Below, one piece after another: positions 1-8,628 of a stretch of 20,225 nucleotides of DNA (positions within the stretch are counted from its first letter, which is position 1; each line of letters opens with the position of its first letter). The position numbers were made by a program, and so were the translations under genes. The notes below the pieces were generated by a model. It was not told the DNA's origin. It did no database searches and saw only the letters and a list, made by a program, of their open reading frames with translations. The DNA lies in the NCBI GenBank assembly GCA_037440005.1, contig JBBIUY010000045.1, positions 1-20,225 on the forward strand, given 5' to 3'. This DNA is from Armatimonadota bacterium (GTDB lineage: Bacteria > Sysuimicrobiota > Sysuimicrobiia > Sysuimicrobiales > Kaftiobacteriaceae).

Positions 1-1
1 C

Positions 2-88
2 CCGGAGGGCCGCCGGCCCGGGGGCCCCGACGGCCGCCGCCGGCGGCGCCGGCGCCCCCGCCCGGGGCCTCAGACGGAGCGCTCCTGA
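2..88 (+). CDS. 3' end of an upstream gene (partial), possibly polyribonucleotide nucleotidyltransferase
   Basis: The frame from position 2 reads PEGRRPGGPDGRRRRRRRPRPGPQTERS-stop (TGA 86-88), an Arg/Gly/Pro-rich tail. Identity as pnp is inferred only from the common pnp - M16 peptidase - dapB synteny. Confidence 0.4.
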   Translation, partial: PEGRRPGGPDGRRRRRRRPRPGPQTERS

Positions 89-108
89 GCCCCCGACCCC
101 GGTCCGGC

Positions 109-137
109 GCAGGAACCTGTCCGCCGGGCAGGTAATG
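109..137 (+). promoter_or_regulatory. Candidate alternative-sigma promoter (GCAGGA-N18-TAAT)
   Basis: 18/28 ungapped identity with the motif at 6498-6525, and located just upstream of the peptidase start. Confidence 0.35.
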
Positions 138-152
138 GGGTAGGATAACGCC

Positions 153-1454
153 ATGGCCGCGTCCGCCGTCGCGCTGTCCACGCTCCCCAACGGCATGCGG
201 GTGCTCACCGAACGCATCCCCCACGTCCGCACCGTCGCGGCGGGCATCTGGGTCGGGGTGGGCTCCCGCCACGAGCCGCCCGAGCACCACGGGATCTCCC
301 ACTTCCTGGAGCACCTGTTCTTCAAGGGCACCGCCACCCGCACCGCCCTGGAGATCGCCCAGGCCGTGGACGACATCGGCGGCCAGATGAACGCCTTCAC
401 GGACCGGGAGCAGACGGTCTTTTACATCAAGGTGCTGTCGGCGCACCTGGACCGGGCCCTGGAGATCTACGCCGACATGCTGCTGCGCGCCACCCTGGTC
501 CCCGACAGCATCGAGCGGGAGCGCCAGGTGATCACCGAGGAGATCAAGTCCTACGAGGACTCCCCCGACGAGCTGGTCCAGGACCTGTTCGCCCAGACGG
601 TCTGGAACAGCCACCCCCTGGGTCGCCCCGTCATCGGCACCCTGGCCACGGTGAGCCGCCTGCAGCGGGACGACTTCGTGGCCCACATCGCCCGCCACTA
701 CCGTCCCGACAACGCGCTCCTGGCGGCCGCCGGCGACCTGGACCACGAGCAGGTGGTGCGGCTGGCCGAGCGGCACTTCGGGGGGTGGGAGGGGGCCGCC
801 CGGCGCGCCGACCAGCCCCCGCCGCGGGCGGAGGCCGCGGTGGCCCTGCGGTCCAAGGAAACCGAGCAGGTGCACCTGTGCCTGGGCACCCAGGGGCTGG
901 CCCAGGCCGACGAGGGCCGGTTCGTCCTGTCGGTCCTGGACCACCTGCTGGGCGGGGGCATGAGCTCGCGCCTGTTCCAGGAGATCCGGGAACGGCGCGG
1001 GCTGGTGTACAGCATCGCGTCCTACGCGGCCGCCTACCGGGACGGCGGGCTGTTCGTGATCTACGCCGGCATGAGCCCCGACGCCGGGCCGGAGGTGGTG
1101 CGGCTGATCCTGGAGGAGCTGGACCGGCTGCGGGCCGAACCGGTGGGCGAGGCGGAACTGCGGCGCGCCAAGGAGTCGCTGAAGGGCAGCCTGATGCTGG
1201 GGCTGGAGAGCACCGGCAGCCGGATGTCCATGCTGGCCCGCTCCCAGATCTACCACGGGCGCGTGATCTCCCTGGACGAGCTGCTGGCCCGGGTGGACGC
1301 CGTGACCTCCGACGACATCCAGCGCATGGCCGACACGCTGCTACGCCCGGAGCGGCTCTCCCTGGCGGCCATCGGCCCGTTCCGCTCCGACGGCCGGCTG
1401 GAGGCGGCGGTGCGGGACGCGTTCCGGCGGTACGTGGAGGCGCGGGCGGGGTAG
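153..1454 (+). CDS. M16 family (pitrilysin/insulinase-like) zinc metallopeptidase
   Basis: Inverted zincin motif HFLEH followed by FKGT, NAFT and ERQVITEE. The C-terminal half has GGGMSSRLFQEIRE.RGLVYS. Confidence 0.95.
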   Translation: MAASAVALSTLPNGMRVLTERIPHVRTVAAGIWVGVGSRHEPPEHHGISHFLEHLFFKGTATRTALEIAQAVDDIGGQMNAFTDREQTVFYIKVLSAHLDRALEIYADMLLRATLVPDSIERERQVITEEIKSYEDSPDELVQDLFAQTVWNSHPLGRPVIGTLATVSRLQRDDFVAHIARHYRPDNALLAAAGDLDHEQVVRLAERHFGGWEGAARRADQPPPRAEAAVALRSKETEQVHLCLGTQGLAQADEGRFVLSVLDHLLGGGMSSRLFQEIRERRGLVYSIASYAAAYRDGGLFVIYAGMSPDAGPEVVRLILEELDRLRAEPVGEAELRRAKESLKGSLMLGLESTGSRMSMLARSQIYHGRVISLDELLARVDAVTSDDIQRMADTLLRPERLSLAAIGPFRSDGRLEAAVRDAFRRYVEARAG

Positions 1455-1479
1455 GGAGCCCGCGGCGGGGTGACGGTCC

Positions 1480-2286
1480 ATGGCCACAACGATCCGCGTG
1501 GCGGTGGCGGGAGCCGCCGGCCGCATGGGACGGGCGGCGGTGCGGGCGGTGGCGGCCCAGCCCGACATGACCCTCGTGGCGGCCCTGGGCCGGTCCCGGG
1601 GGGTGGGGCAGGACGCCGGCGAGGTGGCGGGGACGGGGCCCCTGGGGGTGACCATCACCTCCGACCTGGCCGCGGTCCTGGACCGCCGCCCGGACGTCCT
1701 GGTGGACTTCTGTCCGGGCCCGGCGGCCGTCGAACACGCCCGCGCCGCGCTGCCCGCCGGGGTCAGCCCGGTGGTGGGCGGCACCGGCATCGCCGCCGCC
1801 GACCTGCAGGCCCTGGCCGAGCTGGCCGCCTTCCACCGCACCGGCGCCGTGGTGGCCCCCAACTTCGCCGTGGGGGCGGTGCTGATGATCGAGTTCGCCC
1901 GCCGGGCGGCCCGCTTCTTCCCCCACGTGGAGATCATCGAGATGCACCACGACCGCAAGCGCGACGCGCCGTCGGGCACGGCCCTCAAAACCGCCGCCGC
2001 CGTGGCCGCCGCCCGCGGCCAGACACCCCCGCCCGCGGTCGCCGAGGAAGAGATGGTGGCCGGAGCCCGGGGCGGGCGGGCCGACGGCGTCCCCGTCCAC
2101 AGCGTGCGCCTGCCGGGCCTGGTGGCCCACCAGGAGGTGATCTTCGGCGGGCCCGGGCAGACCCTGACCGTCCGCCACGACTCGATCAGCGAGGAGTCGT
2201 TCATGCCGGGCCTGCTGCTGGCCGTGCGCCGGGTCCGGTCCCTACAGGGACTGGTGCACGGCCTGGAGAACTTGCTGGACCTGTAG
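1480..2286 (+). CDS. dapB: 4-hydroxy-tetrahydrodipicolinate reductase
   Basis: GAAGRMG Rossmann motif, GGTG, APNF and the signature EMHHDRKRDAPSGTA. Confidence 0.97.
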   Translation: MATTIRVAVAGAAGRMGRAAVRAVAAQPDMTLVAALGRSRGVGQDAGEVAGTGPLGVTITSDLAAVLDRRPDVLVDFCPGPAAVEHARAALPAGVSPVVGGTGIAAADLQALAELAAFHRTGAVVAPNFAVGAVLMIEFARRAARFFPHVEIIEMHHDRKRDAPSGTALKTAAAVAAARGQTPPPAVAEEEMVAGARGGRADGVPVHSVRLPGLVAHQEVIFGGPGQTLTVRHDSISEESFMPGLLLAVRRVRSLQGLVHGLENLLDL

Positions 2287-2295
2287 CGCGCCGTT

Positions 2296-2365
2296 CCCTC
2301 TGCCGGCGGGAGAGAGGGCTGCCCCAATCCCCTCGCCCCGCGGGCACGGCGGTCGGGATGAGGGG
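2296..2365. repeat. Two degenerate REP-like palindromes
   Basis: CCCTCT(2296-2301)/AGAGGG(2313-2318) and CCCCTC(2329-2334)/GAGGGG(2360-2365). The layout resembles the element at 5698-5735. Confidence 0.45.
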
Positions 2366-2374
2366 GGAGGACCC

Positions 2375-3406
2375 ATACCGGCACGGGGCTTTCGTGTGGG
2401 CATCGTGGGCGCCACCGGCGTGGTCGGCCGGGAGGTCCTGCGCATCCTCCAGCAGCGCCGCTTTCCCGTCGCCACATTGCGGCTGTTCGCCTCCGAGCGC
2501 TCGGTCGGCCGGCGGGTCGGGACGCAGCAGGTCGAGGCCCTGGCCGAGGACGCCTTCGCCGACCTGGACGTGGTGATCTTCGACACCCCCGACGAGGTGG
2601 CGCGGCGCTGGGTCCCCCGGGCCGCCGCCGCCGGCGCGCTGGTCATCGACAACTCGGCGGCGTTCCGGCTGGACCCCGACGTCCCCCTGGTCATCCCGGA
2701 AGTCAACGCCCCGGCCCTGGCCCACATCCCCCGGCGGATCGTCGCCAACCCCAACTGCACCACCGCCACCATCGCCGTCCCCCTGGCGCCCCTGCACCGG
2801 GAGGCGGGGCTGCGCCGGCTGGTCGCCTGCTCCTACCAGTCGGTGTCGGGGGCGGGGCAGCGGGGGGTGGAGCAGCTGTGGGCCGAGATCCAGCACATGG
2901 CCACGGCCCGCCGGGTCCCCTCCCGCCCGCTGGGGACGGCGTTCGCGCACCCCATCGCGGGCAACCTGATCCCGGCCATCGGGTCGCTGCGCGGGGCGCA
3001 GTTCAGCGAGGAGGTCAAGGTGGCCAGCGAGCTGCGCAAGATGCTGGAGGTGCCGACGCTGGCGGCCGGGGTCACGTGCGTGCGGGTGCCCACCCTGGTC
3101 GGCCACGGGGTGGCCGTCCACGCCGAGTTCGAGCGGCCGCTGACCGCCGAGCAGGCCCGGGCGCTGCTGGCCGCCGCCCCCGGGGTGGAGCTGGTGGACG
3201 ACCCGGCCGCCGGAGCCTACCCCACGCCGGCGGCCGCCGCCGGACGGGACCCCTGCCTGGTGGGACGCATCCGCACCGACGAGGCCGGCATGCTGGCGTT
3301 CTTCGCCGTGGCCGACAACCTGCGCAAGGGGGCGGCCCTCAACGCCGTCCAGATCGCCGAGCACCTGGTGGAGTTGGGTCTGCTGGCTCCCGGCGTGCGG
3401 CCCTGA
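2375..3406 (+). CDS. asd: Aspartate-semialdehyde dehydrogenase (start uncertain: ATA 2375 or GTG 2396)
   Basis: VGATGVVG, IDNSAAFR, catalytic NPNCTT, YQSVSGAG, CVRVP..GH and DNLRKGAALNAVQIAE. Confidence 0.96.
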   Translation: MPARGFRVGIVGATGVVGREVLRILQQRRFPVATLRLFASERSVGRRVGTQQVEALAEDAFADLDVVIFDTPDEVARRWVPRAAAAGALVIDNSAAFRLDPDVPLVIPEVNAPALAHIPRRIVANPNCTTATIAVPLAPLHREAGLRRLVACSYQSVSGAGQRGVEQLWAEIQHMATARRVPSRPLGTAFAHPIAGNLIPAIGSLRGAQFSEEVKVASELRKMLEVPTLAAGVTCVRVPTLVGHGVAVHAEFERPLTAEQARALLAAAPGVELVDDPAAGAYPTPAAAAGRDPCLVGRIRTDEAGMLAFFAVADNLRKGAALNAVQIAEHLVELGLLAPGVRP

Positions 3407-3450
3407 GCCGACGTCCCCAGGCCGGGCGGGCACAATAGACAGCGGGACGG

Positions 3451-4695
3451 ATGCGCATCGTCGTCCAGAAGTTCGGCGGCACGATCCTGGCCACGCCGGA
3501 GGGGCGGCTGCAGGTCGCCGAGCTCATCACCGCCACCCGCACGCAAGGTTACCAGGTGGTGGCGGTGGTGTCGGCCCTGGGGCGGGAGGGCGACCCCTAC
3601 GCCACCGACACCCTGGTGGGGCTGATGCGGGAGGTGGACCCCCAGGTCGACCCCCGCACCCTGGACCTGCTGCTGTCCACCGGGGAGATCATCTCCACCG
3701 CCCTGCTGGCCCACACCCTGGTGCGGGCGGGCTGCCCGGCCGTGGCGCTGACCGGCGGCCAGGCCGGCATCCTCACCACCGACGACTTCAACGACGCCCG
3801 CATCCTCAGCATCGACCCCCGCCCGGTGCGCCGCCACCTGGAGCAGGGCCGGGTGGCGGTGGTGGCCGGCTTCCAGGGCGTCACCGCCGACGGAGAGATC
3901 ACCACCCTGGGGCGCGGCGGCAGCGACACCACCGCGGTGGCCATGGGGGCGGCCCTGGGCGCCGAGGTGGTGGAAATCTACAAGGACGTGGAAGGGATCA
4001 TGACCGCCGACCCGAAGATGGTCCCCCAGGCGCGGCCTCTGCGCACCATCACCTACGACGAGGTCTCCCAGATGGCCGCCCTGGGCGCCCGGGTCCTGCA
4101 CCCCCGGGCGGCCGACATCGGGCGGGAGCACAACGTGCGGCTGGTGATCCGGCGGCTGGGCAGCCTCAACGAGGGGACGGTCATCGTGAAGGGTCCGGAA
4201 CTGGGCGTGCCGATCGTGGACGGGCGGCCGGTGGTGGCCCTGGCCCACCTGCCCGACGTGGTGCAGCTGAAGATCCGCCGCGACGAAGACCGGGACCTGT
4301 CCCGGCCCCTGCAGGCCCTGGACGCCCTGGCCGCCGCCGGCATCAGCATCGACCTGATCAACCTGCTGCCGGAGGTGCTGGCGTTCACCGTCAAAGAGGA
4401 GGTGGCCTCCCGGGCTGCGCAGGTGCTGACGGCCCTGGGCTTTGACGTGCAGACGAGCGCGCCGTGCGCCAAGGTGTCCATCATCGGGGCGGGGATGCGC
4501 GGGCGGCCGGGGGTGATGGCCCGGGTGGTGAAGGCCCTGCACGCGGCCGGGGTGGAGATCCTCCAGACCGCCGACTCCCACACCACCATCTCCTGCCTGG
4601 TCTGGCGCGACCAGATGCGGGCGGCCCTGCAGGCCCTGCACGACGAGTTCGGGCTGGCCGAGGAGGTCCGGTCGCAGCAGGAAAGCGAGGGATAA
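3451..4695 (+). CDS. dapG: Aspartate kinase (DapG/LysC family) with C-terminal ACT domains
   Basis: [30 protein letters not shown] and GARVLHPRA, with position between asd and dapA. Confidence 0.93.
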   Translation: MRIVVQKFGGTILATPEGRLQVAELITATRTQGYQVVAVVSALGREGDPYATDTLVGLMREVDPQVDPRTLDLLLSTGEIISTALLAHTLVRAGCPAVALTGGQAGILTTDDFNDARILSIDPRPVRRHLEQGRVAVVAGFQGVTADGEITTLGRGGSDTTAVAMGAALGAEVVEIYKDVEGIMTADPKMVPQARPLRTITYDEVSQMAALGARVLHPRAADIGREHNVRLVIRRLGSLNEGTVIVKGPELGVPIVDGRPVVALAHLPDVVQLKIRRDEDRDLSRPLQALDALAAAGISIDLINLLPEVLAFTVKEEVASRAAQVLTALGFDVQTSAPCAKVSIIGAGMRGRPGVMARVVKALHAAGVEILQTADSHTTISCLVWRDQMRAALQALHDEFGLAEEVRSQQESEG

Positions 4696-4762
4696 GGCCC
4701 CTGTCCTCGTGCGATCCTCCCGGCTCCGCCCGGGGGGAGGGGGCGGAAAGGAGGAGATCGCT

Positions 4763-5650
4763 ATGCCCGTCTTCGGCCGCGTGCTGACCGCCATGGTCAC
4801 CCCGTTCGACGACGCCGGCCAGGTGGACTACGGCCAGGCCGCGGCCCTGGCCCGCCGCCTGGCGGAGTCGGGCTCGGACGCCATCGTGGTGGCCGGCACC
4901 ACCGGCGAGTCGCCGACCCTGACCGACGAGGAGAAGCTGCGCCTGGTCCGGACCGTCAAGGAGGCGGTGGCGGGCCGCGCCCAGGTGGTGGCGGGTACCG
5001 GGACCTACGACACCCGCCACTCCATCCACCTGACCCGGGAGGCCGAGCGCGCCGGCGCCGACGGCTTCCTGCTGGTCAACCCCTACTACAACCGCCCGTC
5101 CCAGGACGGGCTGTACGCCCACTTTCGGGCGGTGGCCGAGGCGACGACCAAACCCTGCATCCTCTACAACATCCCCGGCCGCACCGGGGTCAACTGCCTG
5201 CCGGACACCATCGCCCGGCTGGCCCAGATCCCCAACATCGTGGCGGTCAAGGAGGCCAGCGGCAGCCTGGACCAGGCGTCGGAGGTCCGGGCCAAGACCC
5301 CGCCGACCTTCGACATCTACAGCGGCGACGACAGCCTGACCCTGCCCATCCTGTCGGTGGGAGGGTGCGGGGTCGTCAGCGTGGCCAGCCACCTGGTGGG
5401 CCCCGACATCCAGGAGATGATCCGGTCCTACGAGCGGGGCGACGTGGGCCGGGCCCGGCAGATCCACCTGCGCCTGTTCCCGCTGTTCAAGGTCCTGTTC
5501 ATCACCACCAACCCGGTGCCGGTCAAGGCCGCCCTCAACCTCAGCGGGGTTCGGGTGGGCGCGCCCCGACTGCCCCTGGTGGAGGCCACGGCGAAGGAGA
5601 AAGAGCAGATCGCAGCCGTCCTGCGCCAGCTGGCGCTGGTGGCGGCGTAG
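4763..5650 (+). CDS. dapA: 4-hydroxy-tetrahydrodipicolinate synthase
   Basis: [28 protein letters not shown] and Schiff-base Lys in VKEASG. Start placed at ATG 4763 behind the SD AAGGAGGAG. Confidence 0.97.
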   Translation: MPVFGRVLTAMVTPFDDAGQVDYGQAAALARRLAESGSDAIVVAGTTGESPTLTDEEKLRLVRTVKEAVAGRAQVVAGTGTYDTRHSIHLTREAERAGADGFLLVNPYYNRPSQDGLYAHFRAVAEATTKPCILYNIPGRTGVNCLPDTIARLAQIPNIVAVKEASGSLDQASEVRAKTPPTFDIYSGDDSLTLPILSVGGCGVVSVASHLVGPDIQEMIRSYERGDVGRARQIHLRLFPLFKVLFITTNPVPVKAALNLSGVRVGAPRLPLVEATAKEKEQIAAVLRQLALVAA

Positions 5651-5652
5651 GA

Positions 5653-5690
5653 GCGGAAGCGCAAAAACGCGGAAGCGCGGAAACGCGAAA
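5653..5690 (+). repeat. Octamer tandem repeat GCGGAA(G/A)C, about 4.75 copies
   Basis: gcggaagc gcaaaaac gcggaagc gcggaaac gcgaaa directly after the dapA stop codon. Confidence 0.8.
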
Positions 5691-5697
5691 TGAAACT

Positions 5698-5735
5698 CCC
5701 TCTCCCCCTCGGGGGAGAGGGCGCGGGTGAAGGGG
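5698..5735 (+). repeat. REP-like palindrome
   Basis: Perfect 11-bp inverted repeat CCCTCTCCCCC-TC-GGGGGAGAGGG (5698-5721) followed by CGCGGGTGAAGGGG. The right part recurs at 5782-5806. Confidence 0.85.
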
Positions 5736-5742
5736 ACAGTCA

Positions 5743-5845
5743 CCTTCAACCTTCAACCTCCAACCTTCAACGCATTTAGGAGGGGGAGAGGGCGCGGGTG
5801 AGGGGGTTCCCTTCAACCTTCAACCTCCAACCTTCAACCTTCAAC
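5743..5845 (+). repeat. Two heptamer tracts (CCTTCAA)n
   Basis: Four copies at 5743-5770 and five copies at 5810-5844. Both carry the variant CCTCCAA as third unit. Confidence 0.95.
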
Positions 5846-5857
5846 GACAGTAAACAT

Positions 5858-6457
5858 ATGAACCGCACGGCAGCACTGGAGGTCCTGCACGAGCAGATCC
5901 GCCGCTGTCAGCGCTGCCCCCTGCACCGCACCCGCACCCAGGCCGTGCCCGGGGAAGGACCCGCGGACGCGCGGGTCATGCTGGTCGGCGAAGCCCCCGG
6001 TCGGCAGGAGGACCTTCAGGGCCGCCCGTTCGTGGGAGCGGCCGGCCGGTTCCTGGACTCGCTGCTGGCATCGGCGGGCCTGGACCGCGCGCAGGTGTAC
6101 ATCACCAACGTCGTCAAGTCCCGTCCATATGTCGGTCCCCCGCCCGGCCGCAACCGCGCGCCCTCTGCCGACGAGATCGCCGCCTGCCGCCCGTGGCTGG
6201 ACGAGCAGCTGCGCATCATCCGCCCGGCGGTGGTGGTCACCCTGGGCCAGGTGGCCCTGGACTACTTCCTGCCCGGCCGCCGCCTGGCCGACGTCCACGG
6301 CCGCCCGGTGCGCGTCGGGGAGCGGGTGATCCTGCCCCTGTACCACCCGGCCATGGCCCGGTACGGACAGCGCTGGCAAACCCTGCTGCGCCGCGAGTTC
6401 TCCCGGGTGCGCCGCCTTCTGCCCGCCCGCTCCAGAGCCCCCGCGCGCCCGCGGTGA
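5858..6457 (+). CDS. Uracil-DNA glycosylase, family 4-like
   Basis: CQRCPL, VGEAPGRQE, PFVGAAG, YITNVVK and YHPA. Start placed at ATG 5858 because the longer ORF only translates the heptamer repeats. Confidence 0.92.
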   Translation: MNRTAALEVLHEQIRRCQRCPLHRTRTQAVPGEGPADARVMLVGEAPGRQEDLQGRPFVGAAGRFLDSLLASAGLDRAQVYITNVVKSRPYVGPPPGRNRAPSADEIAACRPWLDEQLRIIRPAVVVTLGQVALDYFLPGRRLADVHGRPVRVGERVILPLYHPAMARYGQRWQTLLRREFSRVRRLLPARSRAPARPR

Positions 6458-6497
6458 CCGCAGGCCGCGGCCCGTCTGCCGCACATGACGCGGGCGA

Positions 6498-6526
6498 GCA
6501 GGAAATGTTCTTTCGGGCAGTGAAAC
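6498..6526 (+). promoter_or_regulatory. Candidate alternative-sigma promoter (GCAGGA-N18-GAAAC)
   Basis: Same two boxes and identical spacing as at 10333-10361, located 40 nt upstream of the amidohydrolase start. Confidence 0.45.
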
Positions 6527-6565
6527 TACAAGGCCGATCGTCGCGCGGCACAGGATGCCCGACCC

Positions 6566-7597
6566 GTGTTCGTGGACGTCCACACCCACATCTACCCTCA
6601 CCCGTACGTGGACCGACTGAGGCGCCAGAGGGGCCTGCCGCGGGTGGAGACCCAGGGCGGGCGAGACGTTTTCGTCATTTTCCCCTCCGAAGAGGGCGGG
6701 GACAGACCCGCCCGGGGGCGTCCGATGGACGCCACGTACGTGAGCATCGAGGCCAAACTCGAGTGGATGGCCGAGCACGGGATCGTCCACTCGGTGGTCT
6801 CTCTGGGCAATCCCTGGTACGACTTTCTGCCGGCGGACGAAGCGCCGGCTGTCGCCCGGGAGGTCAACGACATCCTGCTGGCGTACAGCCGCGCCTACCC
6901 CGACCGCATCAGCGTCCTGTGCGCGCTGCCCGTGCAGGACCTCTCTGCGGCCCTGACCGAGCTGGACCGGGTCGTCCAGGCGGGGGCCCGGGGCGTCATC
7001 CTGTCCACCCGGCCGGCGGGAATGCGCCTGGACGACCCCCGCCTGCGGCCTCTACTGGAGCGGCTGCACCAGCACCGCTGCCCGGTCCTGCTGCACCCCC
7101 ATGCCACGGTCGGCGGGGACGACCTGTCCGGCTACGACCACGGGCTGCCCCTGGTGTTCGGGTTCCCCTTTGAGACGACCGTGGCCGTCGCGCGCCTGAT
7201 CCTGTCGGGCGCGCTGGACGCATGGCCCGGGCTCACCCTCATCGCGGCTCACGCGGGAGGGACGCTCCCCTACCTGGCCGGGCGGCTGGACGTCTGGTAC
7301 GCCTCGGTGGGAGGCAGCTGGCTCCACCACAGGCCCGGCGCCTACCTCCCGCGGCTGTACTACGACATCCTGACCTACCACGCCCCGGCGGTGCGGTGTG
7401 CCCTCCTGACCGCGGGCCCGGAGCGTCTGATGTTCGGATCGGACCACCCGTTTGGCATCGCCGACGCGGGCGCCGTGCGGGCGTCCCTGAACGCCCAGGA
7501 CCTGGACGACGCCGACCGTCGGCGCATCGCCGTCACCAACGCCGTGGAACTCTTCCGCCTGCAGGACAGGGTGCCGGCCGTCCACCGCTCCGGGTAG
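6566..7597 (+). CDS. Amidohydrolase-2 family protein (ACMSD/LigW-like decarboxylase or hydrolase)
   Basis: Metal-binding DVHTH, LLHP, GFPFETT, AHAGGTLPYL.GR and FGSDHPF. Confidence 0.92.
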   Translation: MFVDVHTHIYPHPYVDRLRRQRGLPRVETQGGRDVFVIFPSEEGGDRPARGRPMDATYVSIEAKLEWMAEHGIVHSVVSLGNPWYDFLPADEAPAVAREVNDILLAYSRAYPDRISVLCALPVQDLSAALTELDRVVQAGARGVILSTRPAGMRLDDPRLRPLLERLHQHRCPVLLHPHATVGGDDLSGYDHGLPLVFGFPFETTVAVARLILSGALDAWPGLTLIAAHAGGTLPYLAGRLDVWYASVGGSWLHHRPGAYLPRLYYDILTYHAPAVRCALLTAGPERLMFGSDHPFGIADAGAVRASLNAQDLDDADRRRIAVTNAVELFRLQDRVPAVHRSG

Positions 7598-7642
7598 GCG
7601 GCAGACGGTCGCAGGGACCATCACCGCAAGGAGGTGACATGC

Positions 7643-8626
7643 ATGGTGAGGCGCGCATGGACGGCGGGGGTTCTGGTGGGGCTGCTGGCGGTGTCGGTCG
7701 CGGCCGCCCCGGGGGTGCCCGCGGTGAAGGTGGGGACCCTGTACCAGACCCACTCGGCGTCGACGTTTGATCCGCTCCTGCCCGACCTGGCCCGCCGCCG
7801 GGGCATCGAAGTACAGGTGATTCCGTTCCGCCGCTACGCCGAGATCCAGATTGCCCTGGCCACCGGGCAGATCGACATCGGAGCCTTCGGCTACGCCAAC
7901 ATCCCCCTGATGGCCGAGCAGGGGGTGCGCAACGTGCAGATCATCGCCGGGCAGTCCAGAGGAGGGCAGGGCATCACCCTGCGCAGCGGCCTCACCGTCC
8001 GCACCTGGAAGGACCTGGAGGGTCTGCGCCTGGGCAGCGCGCCCAACAGCACCGTGGAGAACATGGTGAAGGTCGCCATGCGGGAGAACGGTGCCGACTG
8101 GGGCAAGGTCCGGTGGGTGGCGTTCTCCACCATGGGACCGGAGGTCCTGCAGGCCCTGAAGACGGGCGCCATCGACGGCTTTGTGGGGTGGGAGCCGGCG
8201 CGCGCCGCGGCTGCCGTGGAGGGGTACGGCGCCTACGCCCCCCTGCGGCTGGAGGAGACTCCCCTGCGGAACGTCAACGGACTCATCGGCGCGAATACCG
8301 GGTTTCTGAGCCGCGCTCCCGATGGCGCGATCCGGTTCCTGCAGGCGTACGTGGAGGCCACCGAGACCCTGGTGAACAACCCCGAGGCGTGGGCCCAGCT
8401 GGCCGTCAGCAAGACCGGTGCCAGCCTGGAGGTCACCCGCGTCGCCATCCAGAACTCGGAGCTCACCTACCTGATGTACCGGGACGCCGCCCGGCGGCTG
8501 GCTGCGGCTATGGCGGAATTCGGTCTCACCCGGGCGAACCACGCCGACCAGGTGGACCTATACATGAACTACACGTACCTGATGCGGGCGACGGGGAAGG
8601 ACAAGGCAGCCCTGGGATGGCGGTAG
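7643..8626 (+). CDS. ABC transporter substrate-binding protein (NitT/TauT/SsuA type)
   Basis: SD AAGGAGGT before ATG 7643, signal peptide MVRRAWTAGVLVGLLAVSVAAA, and motifs ALATGQID, DLEG.R.G and AL.TGAIDG..GWEP. Confidence 0.9.
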   Translation: MVRRAWTAGVLVGLLAVSVAAAPGVPAVKVGTLYQTHSASTFDPLLPDLARRRGIEVQVIPFRRYAEIQIALATGQIDIGAFGYANIPLMAEQGVRNVQIIAGQSRGGQGITLRSGLTVRTWKDLEGLRLGSAPNSTVENMVKVAMRENGADWGKVRWVAFSTMGPEVLQALKTGAIDGFVGWEPARAAAAVEGYGAYAPLRLEETPLRNVNGLIGANTGFLSRAPDGAIRFLQAYVEATETLVNNPEAWAQLAVSKTGASLEVTRVAIQNSELTYLMYRDAARRLAAAMAEFGLTRANHADQVDLYMNYTYLMRATGKDKAALGWR

Positions 8627-8628
8627 GC

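Noticed and set aside
5711..5845. Duplicated unit as a second small CRISPR array
   Set aside because: The would-be spacers are near-identical heptamer tracts and there is no similarity to the I-G repeat.
5798..5857. N-terminal extension of the UDG ORF (MRGFPSTFNLQPSTFN...)
   Set aside because: It is simply the translation of the CCTTCAA tract. ATG 5858 fits the family start.
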